Source: Candidatus Lokiarchaeum ossiferum
GTDB lineage: Archaea > Asgardarchaeota > Lokiarchaeia > Sigyniarchaeales > Promethearchaeaceae
Length of the DNA stretch: 32,000 nucleotides
Direction: 5' to 3'
Assembly: GCA_025839675.1 (NCBI GenBank)
Contig: CP104013.1
Location: 5,550,001-5,582,000, forward strand
Position 1 is the first letter of the stretch. Every line of letters starts with the position of its first letter. Below are positions 24,452 to 32,000 of this stretch, piece after piece. The position numbers and the translations under genes are program-made. The notes under the pieces were generated by a model. It was given only the letters and a program-made list of their open reading frames with translations. It had not been told where the DNA came from and ran no database searches.

Positions 24452-24484
24452 AAATTTCTAAAACAAACTTAAAGTTAATTCATC

Positions 24485-25243
24485 ATGGCAGAATATTTTG
24501 ATCCCCAAGTTTCACTTGCGATAGACATGATCCGTTACGCAAAAAAAATCGTTGTTTTTACTGGGGCTGGAATATCTACCGATAGTGGTATCCCCGACTT
24601 TCGATCCCAAGGGGGTTTATGGGAAAAATATAATCCTTTAAAATATGCAAACTATAATGTTTTTTTAAAAAAACCGGAATTTTATTGGCAATTAGAGCAA
24701 GAATTACAACCCATATTTAGCAATGCCAAGCCGAATAAAAGCCATAAACTTTTAGTTACGCTTGAAAAGAAGGGAAAATTGACTGCAATTATCACCCAAA
24801 ATATGGATAATTTTCATCAAGATGCTGGGTCCAAAGTTCCTATAATTGAAATTCATGGTAATGCTCATAAAGCTCATTGTATGGATTGCGGTTTCATTAT
24901 AAAACGCTCTTATATCACTAAACGTTTAAAAGCGGGAATTTCTGTTCCGAAATGTTCGAAATGTGGTGGTCGGATCAAAACCGATGTGGTTCTTTTTAAT
25001 GAACCAATTGCTGAAGATTTATTGGAAGAAGCAACAAAATATGCTGAACAATGTGATATATTCATGGTTTTAGGTTCTTCTTTGTCGGTCTTTCCTGCAA
25101 ATCAAATTCCATTATTAGCCAGAAAAGCAGGTGCTAAACTTATTTTTATTAATCGGGATCCTACATATATGGACAAATATGCATCACTACGGCTTTTAGG
25201 TGAGCTAGGAACATATTTACCATTAGTTATCAATGAAATTTAG
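24485..25243 (+). CDS. cobB: Sir2-family NAD-dependent protein deacylase (sirtuin)
   Basis: GAGISTDSGIPDFRSQGGLW, ITQNMDNFHQDAGS, catalytic HGN, Zn ribbon CMDCG..CSKCGG, LGSSLSVFPA. Confidence 0.9.
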   Translation: MAEYFDPQVSLAIDMIRYAKKIVVFTGAGISTDSGIPDFRSQGGLWEKYNPLKYANYNVFLKKPEFYWQLEQELQPIFSNAKPNKSHKLLVTLEKKGKLTAIITQNMDNFHQDAGSKVPIIEIHGNAHKAHCMDCGFIIKRSYITKRLKAGISVPKCSKCGGRIKTDVVLFNEPIAEDLLEEATKYAEQCDIFMVLGSSLSVFPANQIPLLARKAGAKLIFINRDPTYMDKYASLRLLGELGTYLPLVINEI

Positions 25244-26075
25244 TAACATAATCGAGGGCAATTCTATGGAAAAAAAGAAAAAACAACCTCCCAAGGGAAA
25301 AGTTGAAAATTATTTCGGAAGTGCTTCTTATGATGTGCTTTCTGATGAAGATATTTATGAAATGGAGCCATCCAATTCTGATAAAGAAATAGAAAAATCG
25401 AAAGCAGCCCTCATGAAAGATGAAACAACTAAGGATTATGATTCCCAATTTCGAGGTAAATTGTTACGCATGTTTAATCGCGTCGATGCCAAAGAAATGA
25501 TGATTCAACAACAAACTTCTTCCACTTCCGTATCAGAAATTCCATCTACCCCCATATATGAAACAAAAGACTATGTCTATATTCAAATGAAGCAAAATAT
25601 TGAACACCTCTCCGAATCTTTTCAGGAAGAATTGGAAGAATACAGATTAAGTGGAATTAACGTTCGAAGAGCGGATGTTAATGATTTGGATATATTTGTT
25701 AAGCTTTATAACAGAGCATTTATGAGGGGATCTGATCCGTGGAGTCCTGCCACAAATGAGCAATTCTTGGAGATTTTAAATAGTAAAAATACTGTTGTTT
25801 TAATTGGTTCTTCTCATGGGGAAGATGTGGGATTTATTATTACTGATTTAGAAGGTGAAAGTCTTGAAATTGGTGTGATATGTGGATTAGGCACAGATCC
25901 AAGGTGGCAAAGAAAGGGGATTGCTCGCTATTTAGGAATTGCCTCTTGGGATTATTTTCGCGAACTGAATGTCAAGGAATTACGTTGTGAGGTGTATGAA
26001 AATAATATACCATCCTATAAACTAATAAAGAGTTGGCATTTTGAAGAATATGGAAAAAAAACTTATCAATTTTAA
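25233..26075 (+). CDS. GNAT-family N-acetyltransferase with ~135-aa low-complexity N-terminal extension
   Basis: The C-terminal ~140 aa has the GNAT core (VGFIITDLE..LGTDPRWQRKGIARYLG..YENNIPSYKLIKSWHFEEYG). ATG 25233 overlaps the sirtuin stop by 11 nt. Alternative ATG at 25266. Confidence 0.75.
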   Translation: MKFSNIIEGNSMEKKKKQPPKGKVENYFGSASYDVLSDEDIYEMEPSNSDKEIEKSKAALMKDETTKDYDSQFRGKLLRMFNRVDAKEMMIQQQTSSTSVSEIPSTPIYETKDYVYIQMKQNIEHLSESFQEELEEYRLSGINVRRADVNDLDIFVKLYNRAFMRGSDPWSPATNEQFLEILNSKNTVVLIGSSHGEDVGFIITDLEGESLEIGVICGLGTDPRWQRKGIARYLGIASWDYFRELNVKELRCEVYENNIPSYKLIKSWHFEEYGKKTYQF

Positions 26076-27148
26076 ATATTTATTTGTTCTTTTCTAAATT
26101 TTTTTACAACTTGGCTGGTTCGAGATAAAAGTTCTGTTGCGAGTTCAACTGGCGCCCAGGCATTTAAACCACAATCGGGACCTACATATTTCAAACGATC
26201 TCCATATTGTTTATGTGCAATGCGCAAGTTTTTTTCTATCCGTTCTGGGGAATCAATTAGTTTACGTAATCCTTCAAGTGAATTGAACTCTTGATATTCC
26301 ATTCCTGCATCTAATGCATCAGCCATAATTGCATTGAAATTCGTTCGACATACTCCCACGCGGATAAATTTATCAAAATCTTCTAAATATTTGCGATCTA
26401 TTACGTTTTGATTGTTGCTGGCAAATTCACAAGTCATTATGTTAATATGTTTCGTTTCCAAGGGTATCTTAAAACTATTCAAAGAATGAAGATGGATTTG
26501 AACATCACAATTTAGTCCTTCAACACTTTTGTCATAAATCTTGACGAGATCGTCATGCTCTGCTCCACTTATTGACACATATCCCAAAGATGGTTCATCT
26601 ATTGCTACAATTTCTGTTTTCATATATTTTGAATCTACAATCGAATTTTTTAAGAAACGATTTACACTTTTAGAAAAGTTCATGGCCATATCGGTATAAA
26701 CTGAAAATCCAATTTCTTTGAAATATAATTCTAATGGGCCTGTTACACAAACTTTCAAACGAATTTGTTCTCCTGATTCTTCATAATTACGCTTCGCCCA
26801 TTGTTGTAATATATCTACTTCTAACAATCTGGCAAATCTTGGCTCTATTAAGTGGGGTTCATTTTTAACTTCATATTCTTTCATAGGTGTAAGAAATTGG
26901 CTATACATGTCGACTATTTGGGGATAATTGATAACTTCCATACCGGTTTGTACCTTCAATTGAAAAGTATGTTCAATAGGATGAACAACATTAGTGTAAA
27001 GACCTTGATTCTTGTGAATATCATAGTTTTTAAGAATTGCTTTGAAAGCATCCCAATAATATTTATCAAATCTCTGATTGGATGTGTATGATGGAAGCGG
27101 AAAAGAGCCGACATCATCTAAAATAGGAAAATTGGTTATTGAAGCCAT
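26072..27148 (-). CDS. Cobalamin-independent methionine synthase (MetE C-terminal domain)-like protein
   Basis: N-terminal DDVGSFPLP, VAIDEPSLG, IHLHS, MTCEFAS, and YVGPDCGLNAW near the C-terminus follow the short archaeal MetE-like layout. Confidence 0.6.
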   Translation of the reverse strand: MASITNFPILDDVGSFPLPSYTSNQRFDKYYWDAFKAILKNYDIHKNQGLYTNVVHPIEHTFQLKVQTGMEVINYPQIVDMYSQFLTPMKEYEVKNEPHLIEPRFARLLEVDILQQWAKRNYEESGEQIRLKVCVTGPLELYFKEIGFSVYTDMAMNFSKSVNRFLKNSIVDSKYMKTEIVAIDEPSLGYVSISGAEHDDLVKIYDKSVEGLNCDVQIHLHSLNSFKIPLETKHINIMTCEFASNNQNVIDRKYLEDFDKFIRVGVCRTNFNAIMADALDAGMEYQEFNSLEGLRKLIDSPERIEKNLRIAHKQYGDRLKYVGPDCGLNAWAPVELATELLSRTSQVVKKFRKEQINI

Positions 27149-27283
27149 TCAAACTCATACTTATCAATCTTTTCAACCATTTCAATTTTCTGAAATACTT
27201 CCAATATTCTCAATTTTGGAATTGAAAAGTAAAAACAGAAAATATAAAGCAAAAAAATTGTTAATTAGTACTCGATATCTTTC

Positions 27284-29356
27284 ATGGTTAGTCCAAGTAA
27301 TACAATTTCAAGGTATTCCGATGCTTCACTTGTAGTCGCTCCTCAAATCGGTCATCCCACCATGATTAAAAGTTCCTATCAAAAAATTGCTAAAGAAAGA
27401 AGTTTCAGGGTGGAATTATGGATTGCTGCGGGAAAAACGAACACAATGAGAGGTTTAACTGAAGAAATTTCAAATAATCTAAATGTTTATCCCTTACTTG
27501 GATTAGAAAAAAAAACTTTACAATCAAAGCGCGGTAGGATACTCTCTGTCTGTCCATTAGAAATAACAGAAAAAAAATACAAGCGATTGAAAGATCCTAC
27601 CATTTTAGATGATTTTCTATCACCAAGTAGTGGTGATCAAATTTCTGGATTAGGTTCAGAGCCAATTCATAGGTTGATCTATGATTTAAATGTTTTTCCT
27701 GAAAGAGCATATTTGTATCGCTGTTTATGCAAAATTGATTTAAGTGATGAATGTATTGCGTATTTGGAGCATAATAATTTTCTTTTATTTGATTTAATCC
27801 AAACTTTTACTGATCTACCCCAAGAAATACGTGAGTTACCGCATTCTATTTGCTTAAATATGAGGAATTCTTGGAATGATCTAAATTTCATTCAGATTAG
27901 TGATCTACATATTTCTCGTAGAAATGATTATTTTTTAGGAATGATCAAACACAACTTACGCACCAGTGCTTTGAAATCCATAAATAATCTCTATGATAAA
28001 ACTTTGAAACCTTTGATTGATAAAATATCTTCGTCAGAAAAACCGCTTGCTCGGAAATTTAAAGAAAATTCTTTAGAAAACCGGTTAATTAATCCCAACA
28101 ATAATTTGAGGTTATTTATCAAGAAAGCAAATAAACTTGCTTGTGAAAAAAAATTAGACTTTATTGTGATGACTGGAGATTTAGTAGATTTTTGCACTAG
28201 TGCTGAAAATCACTTATCTTCATTACCCGAATATCGCTCCTTTATTAATTATGAAGACTCAAATTGGGTCCGATTTCTTGATATTCTATTAAATCGTCCA
28301 TTACCTCCACAAAATTTTAGTTATCTTGGAATAGAACCATCTGAAGAATTACTTGTGCCAATATTTACATTACCAGGAAATCACGATTGGCGCATTTCAC
28401 ATTATAATATTCAATCCATTGGTATTTTTAAAAAATTAGGACTCTCTCGCGTAGAAGCAATGAATTATCGTGAACCTCCTGCAACCTCCCCTCTTTCAGT
28501 GGGAAAAAAAGCTTTAATGCCTTATTTTCAGTATATTAATCCTTTTTTAGATTATTTTATCAAATTGGGAGATCATACATTTACATTTTTAGATTCTGGT
28601 CCAGAATCCATTGCTGAAATTAAATTTTTATTAATGGCAGATCCTTCTACAACGGGATTTTCAACAGAACAATTAGAATATCTCTCTTTAATTGCCAAGA
28701 AATTCATAAAAAACGAATCTTCTGAATTATCAGAATCGAATGGGATACATTTTTTGCTATCTCATGCCCCAATTGTGAATCCTTCAAAAAAAAAAGTGAT
28801 GAAAATCAAGTTCCTTCAATCACTAAACCTTCTTCCAAAATTCCGTTTGGATGATTTCAAAGCATCTAAACTATATGAGCTAGGAGAAAATGATCCTCGC
28901 TCTGATATAGATTTGGAATATCGAAGCGGGACCATTTCTCAGAATTGGGTAAATACAATGGGTGTATTAGAACGCAATAATCTTATTCATCTTGCAGGAC
29001 ATACCCATAAATGGCGTGAATTCCGCTTAAAACGAAGTGATCGTCCCACAAAAAGTACTACGGGTTATGGAAAAATGATTCTAAATCCTTTTGCTATATA
29101 TTGGGATGATTATACAAAATTATACGGTGAAACCAATCCTTCTTTTTTTGAAGAAAATCGTCCGTTTCTCTTGCAGGCACCTTCTTTAGGTATTCAAAAC
29201 AAAGAACTTGGGCTTCCTGCTGGAGGTTATCGAACTTTTTGCATACGAAACAATAAAATTCATCAAGTTCGCATGGATTTTGTGGGTAAAATTCTAAGTA
29301 TAGAAAATAGTTTGCTTAAGGATAGAACGAATTCCAATGATAATCAAAGCAACTAA
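27284..29356 (+). CDS. Large calcineurin-like metallophosphoesterase with long N-terminal region and insertions
   Basis: Ordered MPE motifs: FIQISDLHIS (DxH), FIVMTGDLVD (GD), LPGNHDW (GNHD), LLSHAP, LAGHTHKW (GHxH). Confidence 0.75.
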   Translation: MVSPSNTISRYSDASLVVAPQIGHPTMIKSSYQKIAKERSFRVELWIAAGKTNTMRGLTEEISNNLNVYPLLGLEKKTLQSKRGRILSVCPLEITEKKYKRLKDPTILDDFLSPSSGDQISGLGSEPIHRLIYDLNVFPERAYLYRCLCKIDLSDECIAYLEHNNFLLFDLIQTFTDLPQEIRELPHSICLNMRNSWNDLNFIQISDLHISRRNDYFLGMIKHNLRTSALKSINNLYDKTLKPLIDKISSSEKPLARKFKENSLENRLINPNNNLRLFIKKANKLACEKKLDFIVMTGDLVDFCTSAENHLSSLPEYRSFINYEDSNWVRFLDILLNRPLPPQNFSYLGIEPSEELLVPIFTLPGNHDWRISHYNIQSIGIFKKLGLSRVEAMNYREPPATSPLSVGKKALMPYFQYINPFLDYFIKLGDHTFTFLDSGPESIAEIKFLLMADPSTTGFSTEQLEYLSLIAKKFIKNESSELSESNGIHFLLSHAPIVNPSKKKVMKIKFLQSLNLLPKFRLDDFKASKLYELGENDPRSDIDLEYRSGTISQNWVNTMGVLERNNLIHLAGHTHKWREFRLKRSDRPTKSTTGYGKMILNPFAIYWDDYTKLYGETNPSFFEENRPFLLQAPSLGIQNKELGLPAGGYRTFCIRNNKIHQVRMDFVGKILSIENSLLKDRTNSNDNQSN

Positions 29357-30067
29357 GATAATTAGTCGGAATGTCTCCACAGGTATTTTAGGTGTTAATT
29401 TATGACCTAATTTAGATGCAAAGATAATTATTGGAAGACCAATCAAAAAAATGATTAATAAATTATCTTTGGGAAAACTATCTGTGGCAATATACAGAGA
29501 TATTTTTAATATTGTTAATGGAAATCCAATTGCTGCAAAATTCCCTATGAAATTTTCTTTGTAGTGTCCCGTTCCTTCCAGTAATGCTACATTAATGGGC
29601 CCTGATGCTCCAATCAATCCTCCAAACAACCCATAAGAAAAACCTCCAATAATAAGGATCGGTTCTGATATTTCTTTAGAGATAAAAATATCTTCCGTCT
29701 GGATTTCTTCTTTAGTTTTAAGAACTGATCGAATTTTTAAAATAGAATAAGTAAGAATGAAGCATCCTAAGAGTAACTCTACCCAACGTAAATTGATGGA
29801 TAATAACAATAATAATGAACCAATAACAGCGCCTGGAATTCCCGTTAATATGGCTCTTATAAGAAATTTCTTATCCATGAAGTGTCTATATTGAATTAAA
29901 TTTAGAACACTTGGTACGACTCCCCAAATAGTTACTAAAATTATTGCTGCTTGAATTCCAATTATAGGACTTGCTATGGGAATTAGGATAAGAGCATCCC
30001 CAAAGCCAATTAACCCATACACGAAACTTGACAGAAAAACAAAAATTAATATCCAATACTCATTCAA
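29294..30067 (-). CDS. TauE/SafE (TSUP) family anion exporter-like membrane protein
   Basis: About 8 TM segments in two similar halves. G-rich motifs LIGFGDALILIP and GGFSYGLFGGLIGASGP are typical of TSUP proteins. TTG start. Confidence 0.65.
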   Translation of the reverse strand: MNEYWILIFVFLSSFVYGLIGFGDALILIPIASPIIGIQAAIILVTIWGVVPSVLNLIQYRHFMDKKFLIRAILTGIPGAVIGSLLLLLSINLRWVELLLGCFILTYSILKIRSVLKTKEEIQTEDIFISKEISEPILIIGGFSYGLFGGLIGASGPINVALLEGTGHYKENFIGNFAAIGFPLTILKISLYIATDSFPKDNLLIIFLIGLPIIIFASKLGHKLTPKIPVETFRLIILVALIIIGIRSILKQTIFYT

Positions 30068-30081
30068 GATAAGGAAAAAAA

Positions 30082-30663
30082 TTAAACATGGTTAAAAAAA
30101 TCTTGTAATAATTCTGAGAAATTCGTTACGGGTAAAATTTGGGTAAATAATGATGGTTTATGGGCTAATATTAGATAGTTTGCATATATAGCGGGTTTGT
30201 TTTCTTGAATTGCCATATTCGTAAAATCCTTTTCGATTATTAAATGATCGGGAAAATCTTGTTTGAATTGGTTCAATCGCTCATTAATATCTGGATATGA
30301 TTTTATATCTTGTGAAAGACTACTTTTAGGGATGAGTTCATGGTTATTAACTAGTGTGATCCCATTTGGTCTTAGATATTGGAGATTTCGTAATAATTCT
30401 AACGGTTCCAAAGCGACCATTAGATCTATCTCTTGAATTGGAGGGGAAGGAGATAAAAAAGGTATGGTTTTAGAGGGATCTAGATTGTAACGAACTAAGC
30501 AAAAAACTGATCCTTCTCGTTGAGAGACTCCCCGTGATTCCATTGAGACTAATCCATGAATTTGAGATGATTTTAAGGCCATTTCTCGGAAAAATTTTCC
30601 TAAAGTCATGACACCTTGACCTCCGACTCCGACAATCATAATATTGAAAGAAAATTTGTTCAT
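30082..30663 (-). CDS. iorB: Indolepyruvate:ferredoxin oxidoreductase beta subunit (2-oxoacid:Fd oxidoreductase gamma-type domain)
   Basis: NIMIVGVGGQGVMTLGKF signature. The 4-nt ATGA overlap with the upstream iorA stop indicates coupling. Confidence 0.8.
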   Translation of the reverse strand: MNKFSFNIMIVGVGGQGVMTLGKFFREMALKSSQIHGLVSMESRGVSQREGSVFCLVRYNLDPSKTIPFLSPSPPIQEIDLMVALEPLELLRNLQYLRPNGITLVNNHELIPKSSLSQDIKSYPDINERLNQFKQDFPDHLIIEKDFTNMAIQENKPAIYANYLILAHKPSLFTQILPVTNFSELLQDFFNHV

Positions 30664-32000
30664 TTTGATGGATTCTCCTTTGATGGATTTGGTTGAGTAA
30701 AATGTAAATGGGGGTTGATTACTGTTTTATAAATTGCATGGTTTGGACAAACCTCCAAACAACTAAGACAGTCTTCTCCTAAACATCGGGATGTATCAAT
30801 CTTATATTTATCTTCACTCATTTGGATGGCAGTACATCCTAAGACTGAAAAGCATTCATCACACTTTGTGCAGTGATCCGCGATCTGTAAAAATGTACAT
30901 TGATTGTTGGCTTTTGTCTCCTTTTGTATTCTGCGTTTATAATTTAAAGCACATTCCGCCTCTACGAGAATAAATTTCAAACCATCTAGGGAGAAAAACT
31001 GCAAAAAGTCTCGAGTCATTTTCTTTATTGAATACCCATTTAAGGTTTTGATTGGATAAGTGCCTAAGGTTTCTAAAAATTGTTTAATCTTAAATGGTTG
31101 AATATTTACCTCAGAATTCTCTGTATTTAATTGTTTAGGTGTGGAGGGTGATATTTGATGGCCAGTCATAGAACAAAAATAATTATCTAGTATTACAACA
31201 GTGGCGGGGGTATTGTTTTTCGCTAAATTATAAATTGCTTGGATACCTGAGTGAAAAAAAGTGCTATCCCCAATTAAACTTACTACATGCTGCGTTTTTG
31301 GATTAACAAATCTTCCAACCCCATTAGTGATACCTACTCCAGCTCCCATGCATATTAACCAATCCATTACGGCGTAGGGTTCTGACATTCCAAGCGTATA
31401 ACATCCGATATCACCACCAAAAATGGCTCTTTTATTTTGTTTTTGATAGAATTTGTCCGTGGCTTTTCGGAGGGAATAAAAAACATTTCTATGTGAACAT
31501 CCTGGACAGAATGTTGGTTCACGGATAGGTAAACTCTGTTGGATATTTTTTATAGAGTTTGGAATTTTTTTTAAAACTTGATGAAATGCTTCGAAATATA
31601 CAAGGTTATCTTGCAAGAAAAGTGGTTTGGACAAGAGATCTATGATTTTTTGAGGAGATAAAGTTCCTTCCCTCGGAAATATGTTTTTCCCCAAAATTGG
31701 GACCATCATATCATAATCATAAAGAATATCTTTAATTTGCATTTCTAAGAAAGGTTCTTGTTCTTCAATAACTAAAAGTAACTCAATTTCATAGTCATCA
31801 ACAAAATCCACAATGATCTGTTTATTTATGGGGTATGTTTGAAGTAAACGTAGTCGAGGAATATCTTTTTCAATAATTGCACATATTTCATGGGAGTATG
31901 TCCAAGACAGACCACTAGTAATAATTCCAACGGAAACATCTTGTTTTTCAATAATGATTTGGTCTTCATCCTTTGATTTTTCTTGAGTTTCTTCTTTTTC
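30660..32000 (-). CDS. iorA: Indolepyruvate:ferredoxin oxidoreductase alpha subunit; 5' end outside the window
   Basis: TPP-binding region GDIGCYTLG..GDSTFFHSG. C-terminal two 4Fe-4S motifs: CTKCDEC..C and CLGEDCLSCLEVCP. The minus-strand frame stays open from 31811 to nt 32000 (..VGIITSGLSWTYSHE..), so the GTG at 31811 is not the real start. Confidence 0.85.
   Translation of the reverse strand, partial: EKEETQEKSKDEDQIIIEKQDVSVGIITSGLSWTYSHEICAIIEKDIPRLRLLQTYPINKQIIVDFVDDYEIELLLVIEEQEPFLEMQIKDILYDYDMMVPILGKNIFPREGTLSPQKIIDLLSKPLFLQDNLVYFEAFHQVLKKIPNSIKNIQQSLPIREPTFCPGCSHRNVFYSLRKATDKFYQKQNKRAIFGGDIGCYTLGMSEPYAVMDWLICMGAGVGITNGVGRFVNPKTQHVVSLIGDSTFFHSGIQAIYNLAKNNTPATVVILDNYFCSMTGHQISPSTPKQLNTENSEVNIQPFKIKQFLETLGTYPIKTLNGYSIKKMTRDFLQFFSLDGLKFILVEAECALNYKRRIQKETKANNQCTFLQIADHCTKCDECFSVLGCTAIQMSEDKYKIDTSRCLGEDCLSCLEVCPNHAIYKTVINPHLHFTQPNPSKENPSK

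Noticed and set aside
26852-27335. Plus-strand ORFs 26852..27091 and 27078..27335
   Set aside because: The first is antisense to the MetE-like gene. The second spans the divergent promoter region and runs out of frame into the phosphoesterase gene.
1-32000. Search for tRNA, rRNA, transposase, integrase or prophage boundaries
   Set aside because: There are no 70-90 nt GC-rich islands with tRNA-like stems and no rRNA-like conserved blocks. I see no recombinase or transposase motifs in any track ORF and no long terminal repeats.

Overview
This is an AT-rich (roughly one-third G+C by eye) archaeal chromosomal segment with about 28 tightly packed protein genes on both strands. I see no rRNA, tRNA, CRISPR array, transposase or integrase. 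Sec11/S26B-type signal peptidases, IorAB, AbrB-PhoU and TrmB-type regulators, oligo-T terminators and TATA-like boxes about 25 nt before starts point to an archaeon. An Arf-like GTPase and a Roadblock/LC7-fused Rab/Ras-like GTPase make an Asgard (Loki-type) lineage the most likely source; this is inference, not verified. Most genes are housekeeping or metabolic: bacterial-type HtpG, flavoproteins, M24 and M28 peptidases, PyrE, Sir2 plus GNAT, a MetE-like protein, a metallophosphoesterase, TauE and IorAB. The most unusual part is the minus-strand block at 10.1-16.2 kb. It holds a three-domain P-loop/AAA+-like ATPase with a locally GC-rich 5' half, set off by oligo-T runs from a tight trio. The trio is a GH2-like protein lacking the canonical acid/base N-E pair, the Roadblock-GTPase fusion, and a 316-aa protein resembling only a non-catalytic glycosidase N-domain. 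This trio is my best candidate for an undescribed GTPase-centred module. Other points worth a second look are tandem signal-peptidase paralogs sharing a C-terminal DSE[IV]DLG[IV] tail, a ~0.9 kb ORF-free very AT-rich region with one GC-only palindrome, an overlapping Sir2/GNAT pair, a Met-rich sHSP extension and an orphan DNA methyltransferase. All functional calls come from motif recognition by eye in the supplied translations. No database search or structure prediction was possible.
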